Source: an uncultured Methanosarcinales archaeon (lineage in GTDB: Archaea; Nanobdellota; Nanobdellia; Woesearchaeales; JAHJBD01). Taken from it: a DNA stretch of 64,000 nucleotides. The notes beneath the pieces were generated by a model. The model saw only the letters and a list, made by a program, of their open reading frames with translations, did no database searches and was not told the origin of the DNA. Positions 38,657-49,096 of this stretch are shown piece after piece; position 1 is the stretch's first letter; each line of letters begins with the position of its first letter. A program made the position numbers and the translations under genes. The stretch spans positions 76,037-140,036 of the forward strand of contig CAZHRT010000001.1 in assembly GCA_964534665.1 (NCBI GenBank), written 5' to 3'.

Positions 38657-39456
38657 AACTAAAAATAGTTGATCAAACAAAAAAAGAAATTGGAGAAAAA
38701 GAATTACCTAACCAATTTAAAGAACCAATTAGAAAAGATATCATAAAAAGGTCTGTACTAGCAATCCAAAGTCATGATAGACAACCTTACGGTGCATCTA
38801 AAAGGGCAGGTATGAGAGCTTCAGCAGAATTATCAAGGAGACGTAATAATTATAGGGGCTCATACGGTCACGGAATCTCAAGAGTTCCTAGAAAAATCAT
38901 GTCAAGTTCTGGAACAAGATTCAATTGGGTTGGAGCAGTAGCACCAGGAACAGTTGGAGGAAGAAGAGCACACCCACCTAAAGCATCTAAAATTTGGGAT
39001 CAAAAAGTCAATATAAAAGAAAACAGAAAAGCTATAAGGAGTGCTATGGCAGCAACATTATCAAAAGAAACTGTTAAAGAACGGGGACATGAAGCACCAG
39101 AAAATTATCCATTTATAATCACATCAGATATTGAAAAAATATCAAAAACTAAAGAAGTAAAACAAATGCTTGAATCAATTGGATTAAAAAACGAACTTCA
39201 AAGATTAACTAAAAAAGTTAGGGCTGGAAAAGGTAAAACCAGAGGAAGAAAGTATAAAATTACAAAAGGTCCACTAATTGTTGTTTCAAGCGACTGTAAA
39301 CTAAAGAAATCAGCATGTAACATCTCAGGAATTGATATTATTGAAGCAAAAAAACTTAACGCTCAATTACTTGCTCCAGGAGCACATCCAGGAAGGCTAA
39401 CATTATGGACTGATAAAGCAATTGATATAATCACAAAGGAGAATTTATTTAAGTAA
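38653..39456 (+). CDS. rpl4: 50S ribosomal protein uL4
   Basis: GGRRAHPPK; LAPGAHPGRLTLWT. Confidence 0.97.
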   Translation: MKLKIVDQTKKEIGEKELPNQFKEPIRKDIIKRSVLAIQSHDRQPYGASKRAGMRASAELSRRRNNYRGSYGHGISRVPRKIMSSSGTRFNWVGAVAPGTVGGRRAHPPKASKIWDQKVNIKENRKAIRSAMAATLSKETVKERGHEAPENYPFIITSDIEKISKTKEVKQMLESIGLKNELQRLTKKVRAGKGKTRGRKYKITKGPLIVVSSDCKLKKSACNISGIDIIEAKKLNAQLLAPGAHPGRLTLWTDKAIDIITKENLFK

Positions 39457-39457
39457 A

Positions 39458-39718
39458 ATGGAACCACTAAACATAATCAAATATCCATTATCAACAGAAA
39501 AAAGCATTCGATTAATGGAAGCAGAAAACAAATTAGAATTTGTTGTAGATAAAAAAGCAACAAAAAGTGACATTAAAAAAGCAATTGAAACTGCATTTAA
39601 CGTCAAAATCATAAAAGTTCAAACTTTAATATCACAAACAGGAGAAAAAAGAGCATATGTTCGATTTTCAGATGAAACTCCTGCAATTGATGTAGCAACT
39701 AAATTAGGGTTAATGTAA
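39458..39718 (+). CDS. rpl23: 50S ribosomal protein uL23
   Basis: IIKYPLSTEK...KRAYVRF. Confidence 0.97.
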   Translation: MEPLNIIKYPLSTEKSIRLMEAENKLEFVVDKKATKSDIKKAIETAFNVKIIKVQTLISQTGEKRAYVRFSDETPAIDVATKLGLM

Positions 39719-39722
39719 TAAA

Positions 39723-40430
39723 ATGGGAAAAAATCTAGTTCAACAAGCAAGAGGAAAAGGATCACCAAGGTATAAGGCACCTAGCTTTAGATATAAAGGC
39801 GATGCAAGATTTGGTAAATTAAAAGAAGGCGTTGGTAAAATTACAGACATTTTCACAAGTCAAGGCCATTCACCCTTAATGAAGATTATTTGTAAAGACG
39901 GAGAAGAAATACTAATTCAAGCTCCAGAAGGAATTCATGTAGGTCAAGAAATTGCAATTGGTAAAAATGCTGAACCAAAAACTGGCAATATCATACCTCT
40001 TAAAGATATTCCAGAAGGTAGCTTAATATTTAATATTGAAATGAAACCAGGAGATGGTGGCAAACTAGTTAGAAGTTGCGGTACTTCTGCAAGAATTGTT
40101 AGCAAAACAAAAGACAAAGTTTCTGTCTTATTACCTTCAAACAAAACTAAAGTTTTCCATATAAACTGTAGAGCCATGATCGGAACTGTTGCTGCTGGTG
40201 GAATTAAAGAAAAACCTTTCCTTAAAGCAGGTAACAAATTTCACGCAATGAAAGCTAAAAATAAACTTTATCCTCACGTTTGTGGAGTTAGCATGAATTC
40301 AGTAGACCATCCATTCGGTGGAAAATCATCTAACACAAAAGGTAGACCTACACAATCATCAAGAAATGCACCTCCTGGAAGAAAAGTTGGAAAGATAGCT
40401 CCAAAAAGAACAGGTAGGAAAAAGAGGTAA
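39723..40430 (+). CDS. rpl2: 50S ribosomal protein uL2
   Basis: MNSVDHPFGG; PPGRKVGKIA. Confidence 0.97.
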   Translation: MGKNLVQQARGKGSPRYKAPSFRYKGDARFGKLKEGVGKITDIFTSQGHSPLMKIICKDGEEILIQAPEGIHVGQEIAIGKNAEPKTGNIIPLKDIPEGSLIFNIEMKPGDGGKLVRSCGTSARIVSKTKDKVSVLLPSNKTKVFHINCRAMIGTVAAGGIKEKPFLKAGNKFHAMKAKNKLYPHVCGVSMNSVDHPFGGKSSNTKGRPTQSSRNAPPGRKVGKIAPKRTGRKKR

Positions 40431-40432
40431 AA

Positions 40433-40816
40433 ATGGCAAGAAAAGAATATTCATATAGGGGAAAAAGTCTTGAAGAACTTAAAAATATGGACCTTAAAGA
40501 ATTTGCAGAACTTTTACCATCAAGATTAAGAAGAACAATCAAAAGAGGATTTACAGAACAACAAAAAATCCTTTTAAAAAAGATAAAAAATCAAGAAAAA
40601 GATCTTAAAACACATTGTAGAACAATGATTATCCTACCAGAAATGATTGGTATACAAATCAAAATATATAATGGTAAATCCTTCGAAAACTTAGCTATCG
40701 AAGAAGAAATGATAGGACATGTTTTTGGAGAATTCGTATCAACAAGAAAAAGATTAGCACATTCAGCACCAGGAGTAGGTGCAACTAAATCAAGTTCAAA
40801 TTTATCAGTGAAATAA
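40433..40816 (+). CDS. rps19: 30S ribosomal protein uS19
   Basis: KTHCRTMIILPEM; MIGHVFGEF. Confidence 0.97.
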   Translation: MARKEYSYRGKSLEELKNMDLKEFAELLPSRLRRTIKRGFTEQQKILLKKIKNQEKDLKTHCRTMIILPEMIGIQIKIYNGKSFENLAIEEEMIGHVFGEFVSTRKRLAHSAPGVGATKSSSNLSVK

Positions 40817-40817
40817 A

Positions 40818-41399
40818 ATGGATGAATATAATAAAGAACATATGGCAAAAGTCACTGGCAGGTCACTGTCAATCTCAACAAAAATATCTATTGAGATATG
40901 TAATTTTATTAGAAATAAAAAGCTTAGTTGGGCAAAAGCTGAATTAGAAAAAATATCTAAAAAAGAAAAGCCATTGAGACTTACAAGATTTAACAATGAT
41001 AGGGGTCATAAAAAAGGTATGATGGCTGGAGCATATCCAATAAAAGCATCAACCGAAATTTTATCATTATTAAACTCTGTTGAAGCAAACGCACAATTTT
41101 TAGGACTTAACACATCAAACTTAATAATCAAAAAAATTATTGCAACTCAAGGAGCTGGGCAATGGCATTACGGCCGACAAAGAAGAAGAAGAATGAAACG
41201 TACAAACATAGAACTTGTCGTTGAAGAAACTGCTGCAAAAAAAGAAACAAAAATTACAAATAAAAAAGAAACAGTAAAACCTAAAGTTGAAAATAAACCA
41301 GCAATAAAGAAAAAGCTTGATGTTACTGATAATCCTACCAAAGACGTTAAAAAAGTAATTACAGAAGAAAAAATTGTCAAAGAGGAACCTAAAAAATGA
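40818..41399 (+). CDS. rpl22: 50S ribosomal protein uL22
   Basis: ISTKISIEICNFIR; GAYPIKA; operon position. Confidence 0.95.
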   Translation: MDEYNKEHMAKVTGRSLSISTKISIEICNFIRNKKLSWAKAELEKISKKEKPLRLTRFNNDRGHKKGMMAGAYPIKASTEILSLLNSVEANAQFLGLNTSNLIIKKIIATQGAGQWHYGRQRRRRMKRTNIELVVEETAAKKETKITNKKETVKPKVENKPAIKKKLDVTDNPTKDVKKVITEEKIVKEEPKK

Positions 41400-42178
41400 T
41401 TGAAAGAAAATTCGTTGCTCAAAAAATTCAAGAACTTCAAATTCAAGAATATATTACAAATAAAATGAGAAATATTGGTCATAGTAATACTAAACTACAA
41501 AAAACCCCTCTTGGAGAAAAAATTATTGTATATGCATCAAGGCCTGGATTAATCGTAGGTAAAAAAGGGGCAAATATAAGGTCACTTACTAAAAGTCTAA
41601 AAGCAAAATTTAATCTTGAAAATCCAACAATCGAAATTTCAGAAGTTGAAAATATTAATTTAGATGCTAATATTGTCGCTGAAAAAATTGCTGATTCAAT
41701 AGAAAGATTTGGAACATCAAAATTCAAAGCAATAGGTCACAAAGTAATGCAAAACGTAATGGACTCTGGAGCATTAGGTATTGAAATACTAATTGGTGGA
41801 AAAATCCCTAGTAGTAGAGCAAGAACATGGAGATTTTACACAGGTTACCTTAAAAAATGTGGAGACATTGCATTAACAGGTGTTAAATCTGCACAAAGAA
41901 AAGCAAACATAAAAACTGGTACAGTTGGAATAAAAGTTAAAATAATGCCACCAGATATTGAATTGCCTGATAGAATCCAATTAAAAGAAGAAAAAGAAGA
42001 AGTTATTGAAGAAATTCCTGTAGATCAGAAAAAAGAAGAAACTGCTTCAGAAAAGAAAACAGAAAAAGAAGAAGCTAAAGAACAAAAATCTTCCGAAGAA
42101 AAAACTAAAGAAGACGTAAAAGAAAAACCAAAGGAAGAAATTAAAGATCAACCTGAAGAAAAGAAAAAAGATGAGTAA
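41396..42178 (+). CDS. rps3: 30S ribosomal protein uS3
   Basis: RPGLIVGKKG KH domain; GIKVKIMPP. Confidence 0.97.
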   Translation: MIERKFVAQKIQELQIQEYITNKMRNIGHSNTKLQKTPLGEKIIVYASRPGLIVGKKGANIRSLTKSLKAKFNLENPTIEISEVENINLDANIVAEKIADSIERFGTSKFKAIGHKVMQNVMDSGALGIEILIGGKIPSSRARTWRFYTGYLKKCGDIALTGVKSAQRKANIKTGTVGIKVKIMPPDIELPDRIQLKEEKEEVIEEIPVDQKKEETASEKKTEKEEAKEQKSSEEKTKEDVKEKPKEEIKDQPEEKKKDE

Positions 42179-42386
42179 AACAAAAGAACTTAGAGGAATG
42201 CCAAAAGAAGAACTTGAGAAAAGGTTAGATGAGTTACGAAAAGATTTACTAAAAGATAATTCACAAATTGCAACTGGAACAGCACCAAAAAATCCAGGAA
42301 ATCTTAAAAAAAACAAAAAAAGTATTGCTAGAATATTAACCATAATCAATGAAAAAAATAAAGAGGTAAAGAAAAAGGATGAGTGA
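42171..42386 (+). CDS. rpl29: 50S ribosomal protein uL29
   Basis: NPGNLKKNKKSIARILT. Confidence 0.95.
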   Translation: MSKTKELRGMPKEELEKRLDELRKDLLKDNSQIATGTAPKNPGNLKKNKKSIARILTIINEKNKEVKKKDE

Positions 42387-42687
42387 AGTATGCCCAACAT
42401 GTGGTCTCCAAAAAGAACTATGTGTTTGTGAAACAATAGCCAAAGAAAGCCAAAAGATAACTATTAAGCTCGATAAAAAAAAGTTTGGTAAGGTATATAC
42501 CATTATCGAAGGTATCGACACAAAAGAGATTGACATAAAAGGTCTTGCAAAAAAATTAAAGAACAAATTCGCTTGTGGAGGAACATACAAAAATGGAAGA
42601 ATCGAACTCCAAGGTGGCCACATGCAAAAAGTCAAAGAAATATTATTAGAAATGGGATTTCCTCCTGAAACAATCGAAACCAAATGA
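42379..42687 (+). CDS. Translation initiation factor aIF1 (SUI1)
   Basis: CPTCGLQKELCVC; ACGGT..IELQG. Confidence 0.95.
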   Translation: MSEVCPTCGLQKELCVCETIAKESQKITIKLDKKKFGKVYTIIEGIDTKEIDIKGLAKKLKNKFACGGTYKNGRIELQGGHMQKVKEILLEMGFPPETIETK

Positions 42688-42920
42688 ACAAACAAAGGAA
42701 ACTAATTCGTGGCGAATTAATCGGCCTCGTAATAGAAGTTCCAAGTGATGGTCTCAAAGGAAAAATCATTGATGAAACAAAAAACACAATAATCATTGAC
42801 GTAAATGGTAAGAAAAAAACCATAATAAAAAACAAAGAAATCAAATTCAAAGATCAAAAAATAACAATAAACAGTGAAAAACTAAGAGTAAAACCAGAAG
42901 AGAGGATAAAATTAAGATGA
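42684..42920 (+). CDS. rnp1: RNase P protein component 1 (Rpp29)
   Basis: ELIGL..GKIIDETKNT..PEERIK; conserved position. Confidence 0.9.
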   Translation: MNKQRKLIRGELIGLVIEVPSDGLKGKIIDETKNTIIIDVNGKKKTIIKNKEIKFKDQKITINSEKLRVKPEERIKLR

Positions 42921-43297
42921 CTAACAAAATCAATTTACGGGGAAGGTCCTTTGTATGTGTAGTAGTATCAACAAAAATGCATAAAACTGCAGTAGTTGAA
43001 TGGGAAAGAAGATACTACATGCCAAAATATGAAAGATACGAAAAGAGAAGAACCAGAATAAAAGTTCATATCCCAGATTCAATCAAAATTAAAGACGGAG
43101 ACATAGTTAAAATATCAGAATGTCGACCATTAAGTAAAACTAAAAACTTTACAATTATATGCAAAGTCGGAAAAGAAGAAGGCTTCAAAGAACGTATGGA
43201 AGCTGAAGAAGAAGGCAAAGTAAAAGATAAAGAAATATTAAAAGAAAAGCCAACAGAAAAAGAAGAAAATGAAAGCGATAAAAGCGAAAGTAACTAG
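42917..43297 (+). CDS. rps17: 30S ribosomal protein uS17
   Basis: KYERYEKRR; ECRPLSKTK. Confidence 0.97.
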   Translation: MTNKINLRGRSFVCVVVSTKMHKTAVVEWERRYYMPKYERYEKRRTRIKVHIPDSIKIKDGDIVKISECRPLSKTKNFTIICKVGKEEGFKERMEAEEEGKVKDKEILKEKPTEKEENESDKSESN

Positions 43298-43670
43298 GGG
43301 ACTTCCAGTAGGTAGTGTTGTTGATACTTGTGACAATTCAGGTGCAAGAGTAGTTAGAATATTTGGAGTAATCCAAAAAAAGACAGTAAAAGGTAGAAGA
43401 TCTGCTGCCGGAGTTGGGGATTTAGTAATGGTTGCAGTAAAAAAAGGTAGACCTGACATGAGAAAACAAACAACTTTTGCTATTGTAGTAAGACAAAAAA
43501 AAGAATACCGAAGAAGAAACGGAATGAGAATCAAATTTGAAGATAATGCTGTTGTTGTACTTAAGGACGAAAAAGGAAATCCAAAAGGAACAATTTTCAA
43601 AGGCCCAATTGCTAAAGAAGCAACTGAAAGATGGCCAGGAATTGCAAAAGTTGCAAAAATAGTTGTATAA
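43269..43670 (+). CDS. rpl14: 50S ribosomal protein uL14
   Basis: DNSGA; FEDNAVV; GPIAKEA. Confidence 0.97.
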   Translation: MKAIKAKVTRGLPVGSVVDTCDNSGARVVRIFGVIQKKTVKGRRSAAGVGDLVMVAVKKGRPDMRKQTTFAIVVRQKKEYRRRNGMRIKFEDNAVVVLKDEKGNPKGTIFKGPIAKEATERWPGIAKVAKIVV

Positions 43671-43671
43671 A

Positions 43672-44046
43672 ATGAAAAAAATCGTAAAAAGTTGGAAGAG
43701 TAGTATTCAGCCAAGAAAGCAAAGAAAATATAGGTATAACTCTCCACTACACAAAAAACAAAAACTTGTTTCATCACACTTATCAAAAGAACTAAAACAA
43801 AAATACAATAAAAGAAGCATTGGAATAAAACTTGGTGATAAAGTAATAATCGCAAGAGGACAATTTAAAAATAAAACAGGAAAAATCGAAAAAGTTGACC
43901 TAAAGAAATCAAAAGTTATTGTATCAGGAATTGAAATCGAAAGAAAAGATGGAACAAAAACTAAACCATTAATTGAACCATCAAATTTAATTATCACTGA
44001 ACTTATAATTGAAGACAAAAAAAGAAAGAAAATACTCGACAGGTGA
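43672..44046 (+). CDS. rpl24: 50S ribosomal protein uL24
   Basis: SIQPRKQRK; KOW motif GDKVIIARG. Confidence 0.96.
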   Translation: MKKIVKSWKSSIQPRKQRKYRYNSPLHKKQKLVSSHLSKELKQKYNKRSIGIKLGDKVIIARGQFKNKTGKIEKVDLKKSKVIVSGIEIERKDGTKTKPLIEPSNLIITELIIEDKKRKKILDR

Positions 44047-44050
44047 AAAA

Positions 44051-44728
44051 ATGCATCATTTAAGAAGACTAAACGCACCAAAAAGCTGGCCAATAAAAAG
44101 AAAAAGTAACAAATATCTTAAAAGGCCAAATCCCGGAGCACACCCCATTAAATTAGGTATACCAATAACTATTTTACTAAGGGACGTTATACAAGTTGCA
44201 AAATCAAATAAAGAAGTTAAAAAAATTCTTTATAACAAAGAAGTCTTAGTAGATCAAAAAAGAGTAAAAGATCCAAAATTTATTGTAGGATTATTCGACA
44301 CAATCACCTTACTAAAAGATAATTATAGAATTATAATTGGTAAAAACAAAAAAATCTCTGTAATTGAAATAAAAAATGAAGAATCAAAATTAAAACTATT
44401 AAAAGTAATTGGAAAAACTAAAATTAAAGGAAAAACTCAATTAAATCTTTTCGATTCAAGAAATATTTTGATAGATAAAGACGATTACAAAACAGCAGAT
44501 AGTATATTAATTGATTTACCAAAACAAACAATCAAAGAACATATCAAATTTGATAAGGGTGTCTCAATAATTCTTACTGGTGGAAAACATATGGGTGACC
44601 AAGGTACAATTGAAGATATTTCATCAAATAAAATTATTTACAAAAATAAAGAAAGCGAAAAAATTGAAACATTGAAAAAATACGCTTTTGTTATAGGAAA
44701 ACAAAAACCTTTGATTAAGATAGAATGA
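44051..44728 (+). CDS. rps4e: 30S ribosomal protein eS4
   Basis: HLRRLNAPKSWPI; PGAH. Confidence 0.96.
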   Translation: MHHLRRLNAPKSWPIKRKSNKYLKRPNPGAHPIKLGIPITILLRDVIQVAKSNKEVKKILYNKEVLVDQKRVKDPKFIVGLFDTITLLKDNYRIIIGKNKKISVIEIKNEESKLKLLKVIGKTKIKGKTQLNLFDSRNILIDKDDYKTADSILIDLPKQTIKEHIKFDKGVSIILTGGKHMGDQGTIEDISSNKIIYKNKESEKIETLKKYAFVIGKQKPLIKIE

Positions 44729-45237
44729 ATAAAATGAGAAATGTTCGGATTGAGAAAATCACACTAAATATTGGTGCAGGTAAAGAACAGGCTAAACTTG
44801 AAAAAGGCCTTCAATTATTAAAAAATATAGTTGGACTTACCCCAGTAAAAACATTCACTAGTAAAAGAATTCCTACATGGGGCATTAGGCCAGGATTACC
44901 AATTGGTTGTAAAATTACCCTTAGAAAAGAAAAAGCTAAAGATATTTTAAAAAGATTACTTGCTGCTAAAGAAAACAGATTAAAACCAAAACAATTTGAT
45001 AAAGGTGGAAATCTTGCTTTTGGAATTCATGAATACATTGACATACCAGAAGTAAAATACGATCCAAAAATTGGTATTATGGGTCTTGAAGTTTGTGTTA
45101 CACTTGAAAGAGCAGGTTTTAGAATCAAAAAAAGATCAATACAACAAAAGAAACTTCCAAAAAGGCAAACTATCTCACAAGAAGAAGCAATGGAATTTTT
45201 CAAAAAAGAATTTAACATTCAAATAGGTGAAGAATAA
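44725..45237 (+). CDS. rpl5: 50S ribosomal protein uL5
   Basis: [18 protein letters not shown]. Confidence 0.97.
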   Translation: MNKMRNVRIEKITLNIGAGKEQAKLEKGLQLLKNIVGLTPVKTFTSKRIPTWGIRPGLPIGCKITLRKEKAKDILKRLLAAKENRLKPKQFDKGGNLAFGIHEYIDIPEVKYDPKIGIMGLEVCVTLERAGFRIKKRSIQQKKLPKRQTISQEEAMEFFKKEFNIQIGEE

Positions 45238-45467
45238 TGACTTATAGTAATTATGAAAAAGCGTTTAAACAATTAAATGCAAAAGGTGCAATAAAAAAGA
45301 AATATATCAAACATAATGCACCAAAAGAAAGATCATGTGGTAAAGCAACAAAACGTTGTATAAGATGTGGCAGAATTGGTGCACATATTTCAAAATATGG
45401 CCTACATGTATGCAGACAATGCTTTAGAGAAATTGGACCAAAAATAGGGTTCAAAAAATTCGGGTGA
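45237..45467 (+). CDS. rps14: 30S ribosomal protein uS14 (zinc type, N-terminally extended)
   Basis: CIRCG...CRQCFRE. Confidence 0.96.
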   Translation: MTYSNYEKAFKQLNAKGAIKKKYIKHNAPKERSCGKATKRCIRCGRIGAHISKYGLHVCRQCFREIGPKIGFKKFG

Positions 45468-45471
45468 TAAA

Positions 45472-45864
45472 ATGTCTTTAAACGATCCATTATCAAATGC
45501 ACTCTCATTAATATTAAATGCTGAGAGGGTAGGGAAAAAGGAATGCACTATTAGGCCTGTATCTAAGGTTATAGAACAAGTACTTAATGTTATGAAAGAC
45601 AACCTCTTTTTAGGCGAAGTAAACAGAGTAAAAGACGAACGAGGAGATTATATCAAATTAAGTTTACTTGGTAAGATAAACAAATGTGGTACAATCAAAC
45701 CAAGATACCCTATGAAAAAAACAGAGTATGAAAAATTCGAAAAAAGGTTTTTACCTGCAAAAGATTTTGGAATAATCATAATCTCAACACCATTAGGAAT
45801 TACTATCCATACAGAAGCTAAGAAAAAAGCAATTGGTGGAAGACTATTAGCTTATTGTTATTAA
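45472..45864 (+). CDS. rps8: 30S ribosomal protein uS8
   Basis: [26 protein letters not shown]. Confidence 0.97.
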   Translation: MSLNDPLSNALSLILNAERVGKKECTIRPVSKVIEQVLNVMKDNLFLGEVNRVKDERGDYIKLSLLGKINKCGTIKPRYPMKKTEYEKFEKRFLPAKDFGIIIISTPLGITIHTEAKKKAIGGRLLAYCY

Positions 45865-45865
45865 T

Positions 45866-46417
45866 ATGGAAAAAACAAAAAAAATTATCGGAGAAATAGA
45901 AATTCCTGAAGGAATAACCCTTGAAGTAAAGGGTAATTTAGTATCAGCAAAAGGTCCAAAAGGGGAGACATCTTTAACAACAAATGAAAAAGCTGCAGAA
46001 GTTAAAGTAGATGGTAATAAAATTATTGTAACGTCAAAAAATATTGGTAAAAAATATAAAAAACAAGTTAATACAATTATTGCAAACATAAAGAACATAA
46101 TCTTGGGTGTAAATGAAGGTTTCGCATACAAACTAAAAGTGTGCTCAGGCCACTTTCCAATGAATGTTTCAATTGGAAACGGCGAATTAGTTGTGAAAAA
46201 TTATTTTGGTGAAAAAATTCCTAGAAATTTAAAATTAAAACCTGGCGTTGAAGTCAAACTTGAAGGAGATATCATAAATGTTACAGGCACAAACAAAAAC
46301 TTATGTGGACAAGTAGCTGCAGATATTGAAAAATTAGCTAGTAGAAGAAGCTTTGACAGAAGAATATTTCAAGATGGCATATACATAATTGAGAAAGCAG
46401 GTAAAAAGATACAATGA
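45866..46417 (+). CDS. rpl6: 50S ribosomal protein uL6
   Basis: HFPMNV; DRRIFQDGIYI. Confidence 0.97.
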   Translation: MEKTKKIIGEIEIPEGITLEVKGNLVSAKGPKGETSLTTNEKAAEVKVDGNKIIVTSKNIGKKYKKQVNTIIANIKNIILGVNEGFAYKLKVCSGHFPMNVSIGNGELVVKNYFGEKIPRNLKLKPGVEVKLEGDIINVTGTNKNLCGQVAADIEKLASRRSFDRRIFQDGIYIIEKAGKKIQ

Positions 46418-46983
46418 AAAAACTATTAGAATTACGTAAGAAAATCAAACAAAGAAAACCTGAATTCATTAGACAGGATGCTCATAAAAAAGCTAAACTT
46501 AAAAGAAAATGGGTACGTCCAAGAGGAATTGATTCAAAGATTCGTTTAGGACTAAAAGGGTATGGTAAAAAACCAAGTACTGGTTGGAGTTCACCAAAAG
46601 GAACAAAAGGCCTAACAGCTGAAGGACTTATCCCAAAAGTAATCTGTACAGTTAAAGATATACAAAATTTAAATCCTGAAAAAGAAGGTTTAATTATTTC
46701 AAAAACAGTAGGAAAAAAGAAAAAACTTGAAATAATAAAATCAGCTAAAGAAAAATCAATTAAGATTTTAAATATTAAAGATACAGAAAAATATGTAAAA
46801 TCTGTTGAAGAATCACTTGCTTCAAGAAAAGCTAAGAAAAAAGCTATTGAAAAAGCTAAACAAGAAAAGAAAATAGAAAAAGCTAAGAAAGAAGAAAAAA
46901 AGACTGAAGAAAAAGTTGATGAAGACAAAAAAGATTCTGAAAAAAAAGAAAAAGATAAGTTACTAACAAAAAAAGAGATATAA
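46414..46983 (+). CDS. rpl32e: 50S ribosomal protein eL32
   Basis: KPEFIRQD; WVRPRGIDSK. Confidence 0.96.
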   Translation: MKKLLELRKKIKQRKPEFIRQDAHKKAKLKRKWVRPRGIDSKIRLGLKGYGKKPSTGWSSPKGTKGLTAEGLIPKVICTVKDIQNLNPEKEGLIISKTVGKKKKLEIIKSAKEKSIKILNIKDTEKYVKSVEESLASRKAKKKAIEKAKQEKKIEKAKKEEKKTEEKVDEDKKDSEKKEKDKLLTKKEI

Positions 46984-46984
46984 A

Positions 46985-47446
46985 ATGAAAGATTTGACTA
47001 CACAAAAAAGATTGGCGGCTAGAATCCTGAAATGTTCAAAAAAGAAGATTTGGTTAGATCCAGAACAATCAGATGATATAAAAGAAGCAATCACTAATAT
47101 AGATGTTAAATCTTTAATCAAAAAGAAAACAATAAAGAAAAAAGGTTCAAACGAAAGTTCAAGAGTTAGAGCAAGAGCAATAAAAATTCAAAAAAGTAAA
47201 GGAAGAAGAAAAGGTCAAGGCTCAAGAAAAGGAAAGAAAAAAGCAAGAACTCCAAAAAAAGAAAAATGGATAAATCATATAAGATCACAAAGAAATTTAC
47301 TAAAACAATTAAAAGAAAATAATAAAATTGAAAATAAAACCTACCGTGACCTTTACTTAAAAGCTAAAGGTGGATTTTTCAGAAGTAAAAGACACTTAAA
47401 ATTATACATAGAAGAACATAACCTAATAAAAAATGAGAATAAATAA
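46985..47446 (+). CDS. rpl19e: 50S ribosomal protein eL19
   Basis: QKRLAARIL; RRKGQGSRKG; LYLKAKGG. Confidence 0.97.
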   Translation: MKDLTTQKRLAARILKCSKKKIWLDPEQSDDIKEAITNIDVKSLIKKKTIKKKGSNESSRVRARAIKIQKSKGRRKGQGSRKGKKKARTPKKEKWINHIRSQRNLLKQLKENNKIENKTYRDLYLKAKGGFFRSKRHLKLYIEEHNLIKNENK

Positions 47447-47948
47447 AAGAACCTCGGTGCCTTACAAAAGAAAAAGGCAAGGAAAAACAAATTATAAGAA
47501 AAGGTTAAAGCTATTAATGGCAAAAAGACCTAGACTTTGTGTGAGAATCTCACTTAATAGTGTTAAAGCTCAAATAATTGAATATTCACCTGATGGAGAC
47601 AAAATTATTTGTGCAGCAGATTCAAAAACAATACAAAAATTAGGCTCAAAACTTAGCCCATCAAACACTTCAACAGCATATCTTGTTGGTTTAATGGCAG
47701 CTAAATTAGCACAAGAAAAAGGTGTAAAAAGATTAATACTTGATATTGGATTCAAAAAGCCAGTTAAAGGCTCAAAAGTTTATGCAGCATTAAAAGGTGC
47801 TGTTGATGCTGGAATAGAAATTCCTCATAGTGAAGAAGTTCTTCCAACTGAAGACAGAATCAATGGAAAACACATAAAGGGTTTACCTGAAAATCATGTT
47901 AATGAAATCAAAAATAAAATTTTAGGTGCAAAAGATGAAAAAGAATAA
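47433..47948 (+). CDS. rpl18: 50S ribosomal protein uL18
   Basis: GKTNYKKRLKLL; ALKGAVDAG. Confidence 0.97.
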   Translation: MRINKRTSVPYKRKRQGKTNYKKRLKLLMAKRPRLCVRISLNSVKAQIIEYSPDGDKIICAADSKTIQKLGSKLSPSNTSTAYLVGLMAAKLAQEKGVKRLILDIGFKKPVKGSKVYAALKGAVDAGIEIPHSEEVLPTEDRINGKHIKGLPENHVNEIKNKILGAKDEKE

Positions 47949-48711
47949 TAGAAGGCCGCCAAGGAAACCACAAAAACCTGAAGAAAAAGTTCCTAAAGAT
48001 TGGAAACCTAAAACAGAAATAGGTAGAAAAGTCTTAAGTGGTGAAATTAACAAAATTGATCAAATACTAGATAACGGTTTAAAGATATTAGAACCTGAAG
48101 TTGTAGATCTTCTTATTCCAGAACTAGAAACAGACCTTATGCTTATAGGACAATCAAAAGGTAAATTTGGTGGCGGACAAAGAAGAGTTTTTAAACAAAC
48201 TCAGAAAAAAACTCAAGAAGGTAATAAACCAAAATTCGCAACATTTGCAGTTAGCGGAAACAGAAATGGCTTTGTTGGTGTTGGTTATGGTAAAGCTAAA
48301 GAAACAGTCCCTGCAAGAGAAAAAGCTATAAGAAATTCAAAACTTGATATTATTAAGATTGTAAGAGGAAATGGTTCATGGGAAGATACAGGCAAAGAAC
48401 CAAACACAATCCCTTTTGCAGTTGAAGGCAAATGCGGTTCAGTTAGAATCAAACTTATGCCTGCTCCTCGTGGAACAAGATTATGTGTTGAACCAGAATG
48501 TCAAAGAATCCTAAAATTAGCAGGAATTAAAGATATATGGTCAAAAACACAAGGCCAAACAAAAAGCAAGATAAACCTAATCAAGGCTTGTATAGAAGCA
48601 CTAAAACAGCTTTCAACAATGAAAATCAATCCTAATTATAAAGAAACATTAGGAATAGTTGAAGGTAAAATTGCAAAGGTTGAAGAAAATGTCGAAAATA
48701 GCGATAATTAG
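47935..48711 (+). CDS. rps5: 30S ribosomal protein uS5
   Basis: WKPKTEIGR; GKCGSV; PAPRGT. Confidence 0.97.
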   Translation: MKKNNRRPPRKPQKPEEKVPKDWKPKTEIGRKVLSGEINKIDQILDNGLKILEPEVVDLLIPELETDLMLIGQSKGKFGGGQRRVFKQTQKKTQEGNKPKFATFAVSGNRNGFVGVGYGKAKETVPAREKAIRNSKLDIIKIVRGNGSWEDTGKEPNTIPFAVEGKCGSVRIKLMPAPRGTRLCVEPECQRILKLAGIKDIWSKTQGQTKSKINLIKACIEALKQLSTMKINPNYKETLGIVEGKIAKVEENVENSDN

Positions 48712-49096
48712 AATTAGAGGAAGTGTAAAACTCAAGAAGGAAATTAAGGATACTTTAAGTATGCTTAAATTATATAGAAAACATTACTGTACAGTCTATG
48801 AATCAACACCTTCAATAATCGGCATGATAAAAAGAGTACATGATTACGTTACTTATGGTGAAATTGATGATAATACTGCAAAAGAACTTATCGAAAAAAG
48901 AGGGGAAGAATATACTGGCCCTGACAATGAAAGAACAAAAAGAAAATTTATTGTTATAGGAGATAAGAAATATAAAGCATATTTTAGATTAAGTCCTCCA
49001 AAAGGTGGTTTGGGTAGCATTAAGAAATCAGTTAATGTTGGTGGTGCTCTTGGTCTTAGAAAAGACATAACGGAATTAATTAAGAGGATGTTATAA
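48689..49096 (+). CDS. rpl30: 50S ribosomal protein uL30
   Basis: IAIIRIRG; FRLSPPKGG. Confidence 0.96.
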   Translation: MSKIAIIRIRGSVKLKKEIKDTLSMLKLYRKHYCTVYESTPSIIGMIKRVHDYVTYGEIDDNTAKELIEKRGEEYTGPDNERTKRKFIVIGDKKYKAYFRLSPPKGGLGSIKKSVNVGGALGLRKDITELIKRML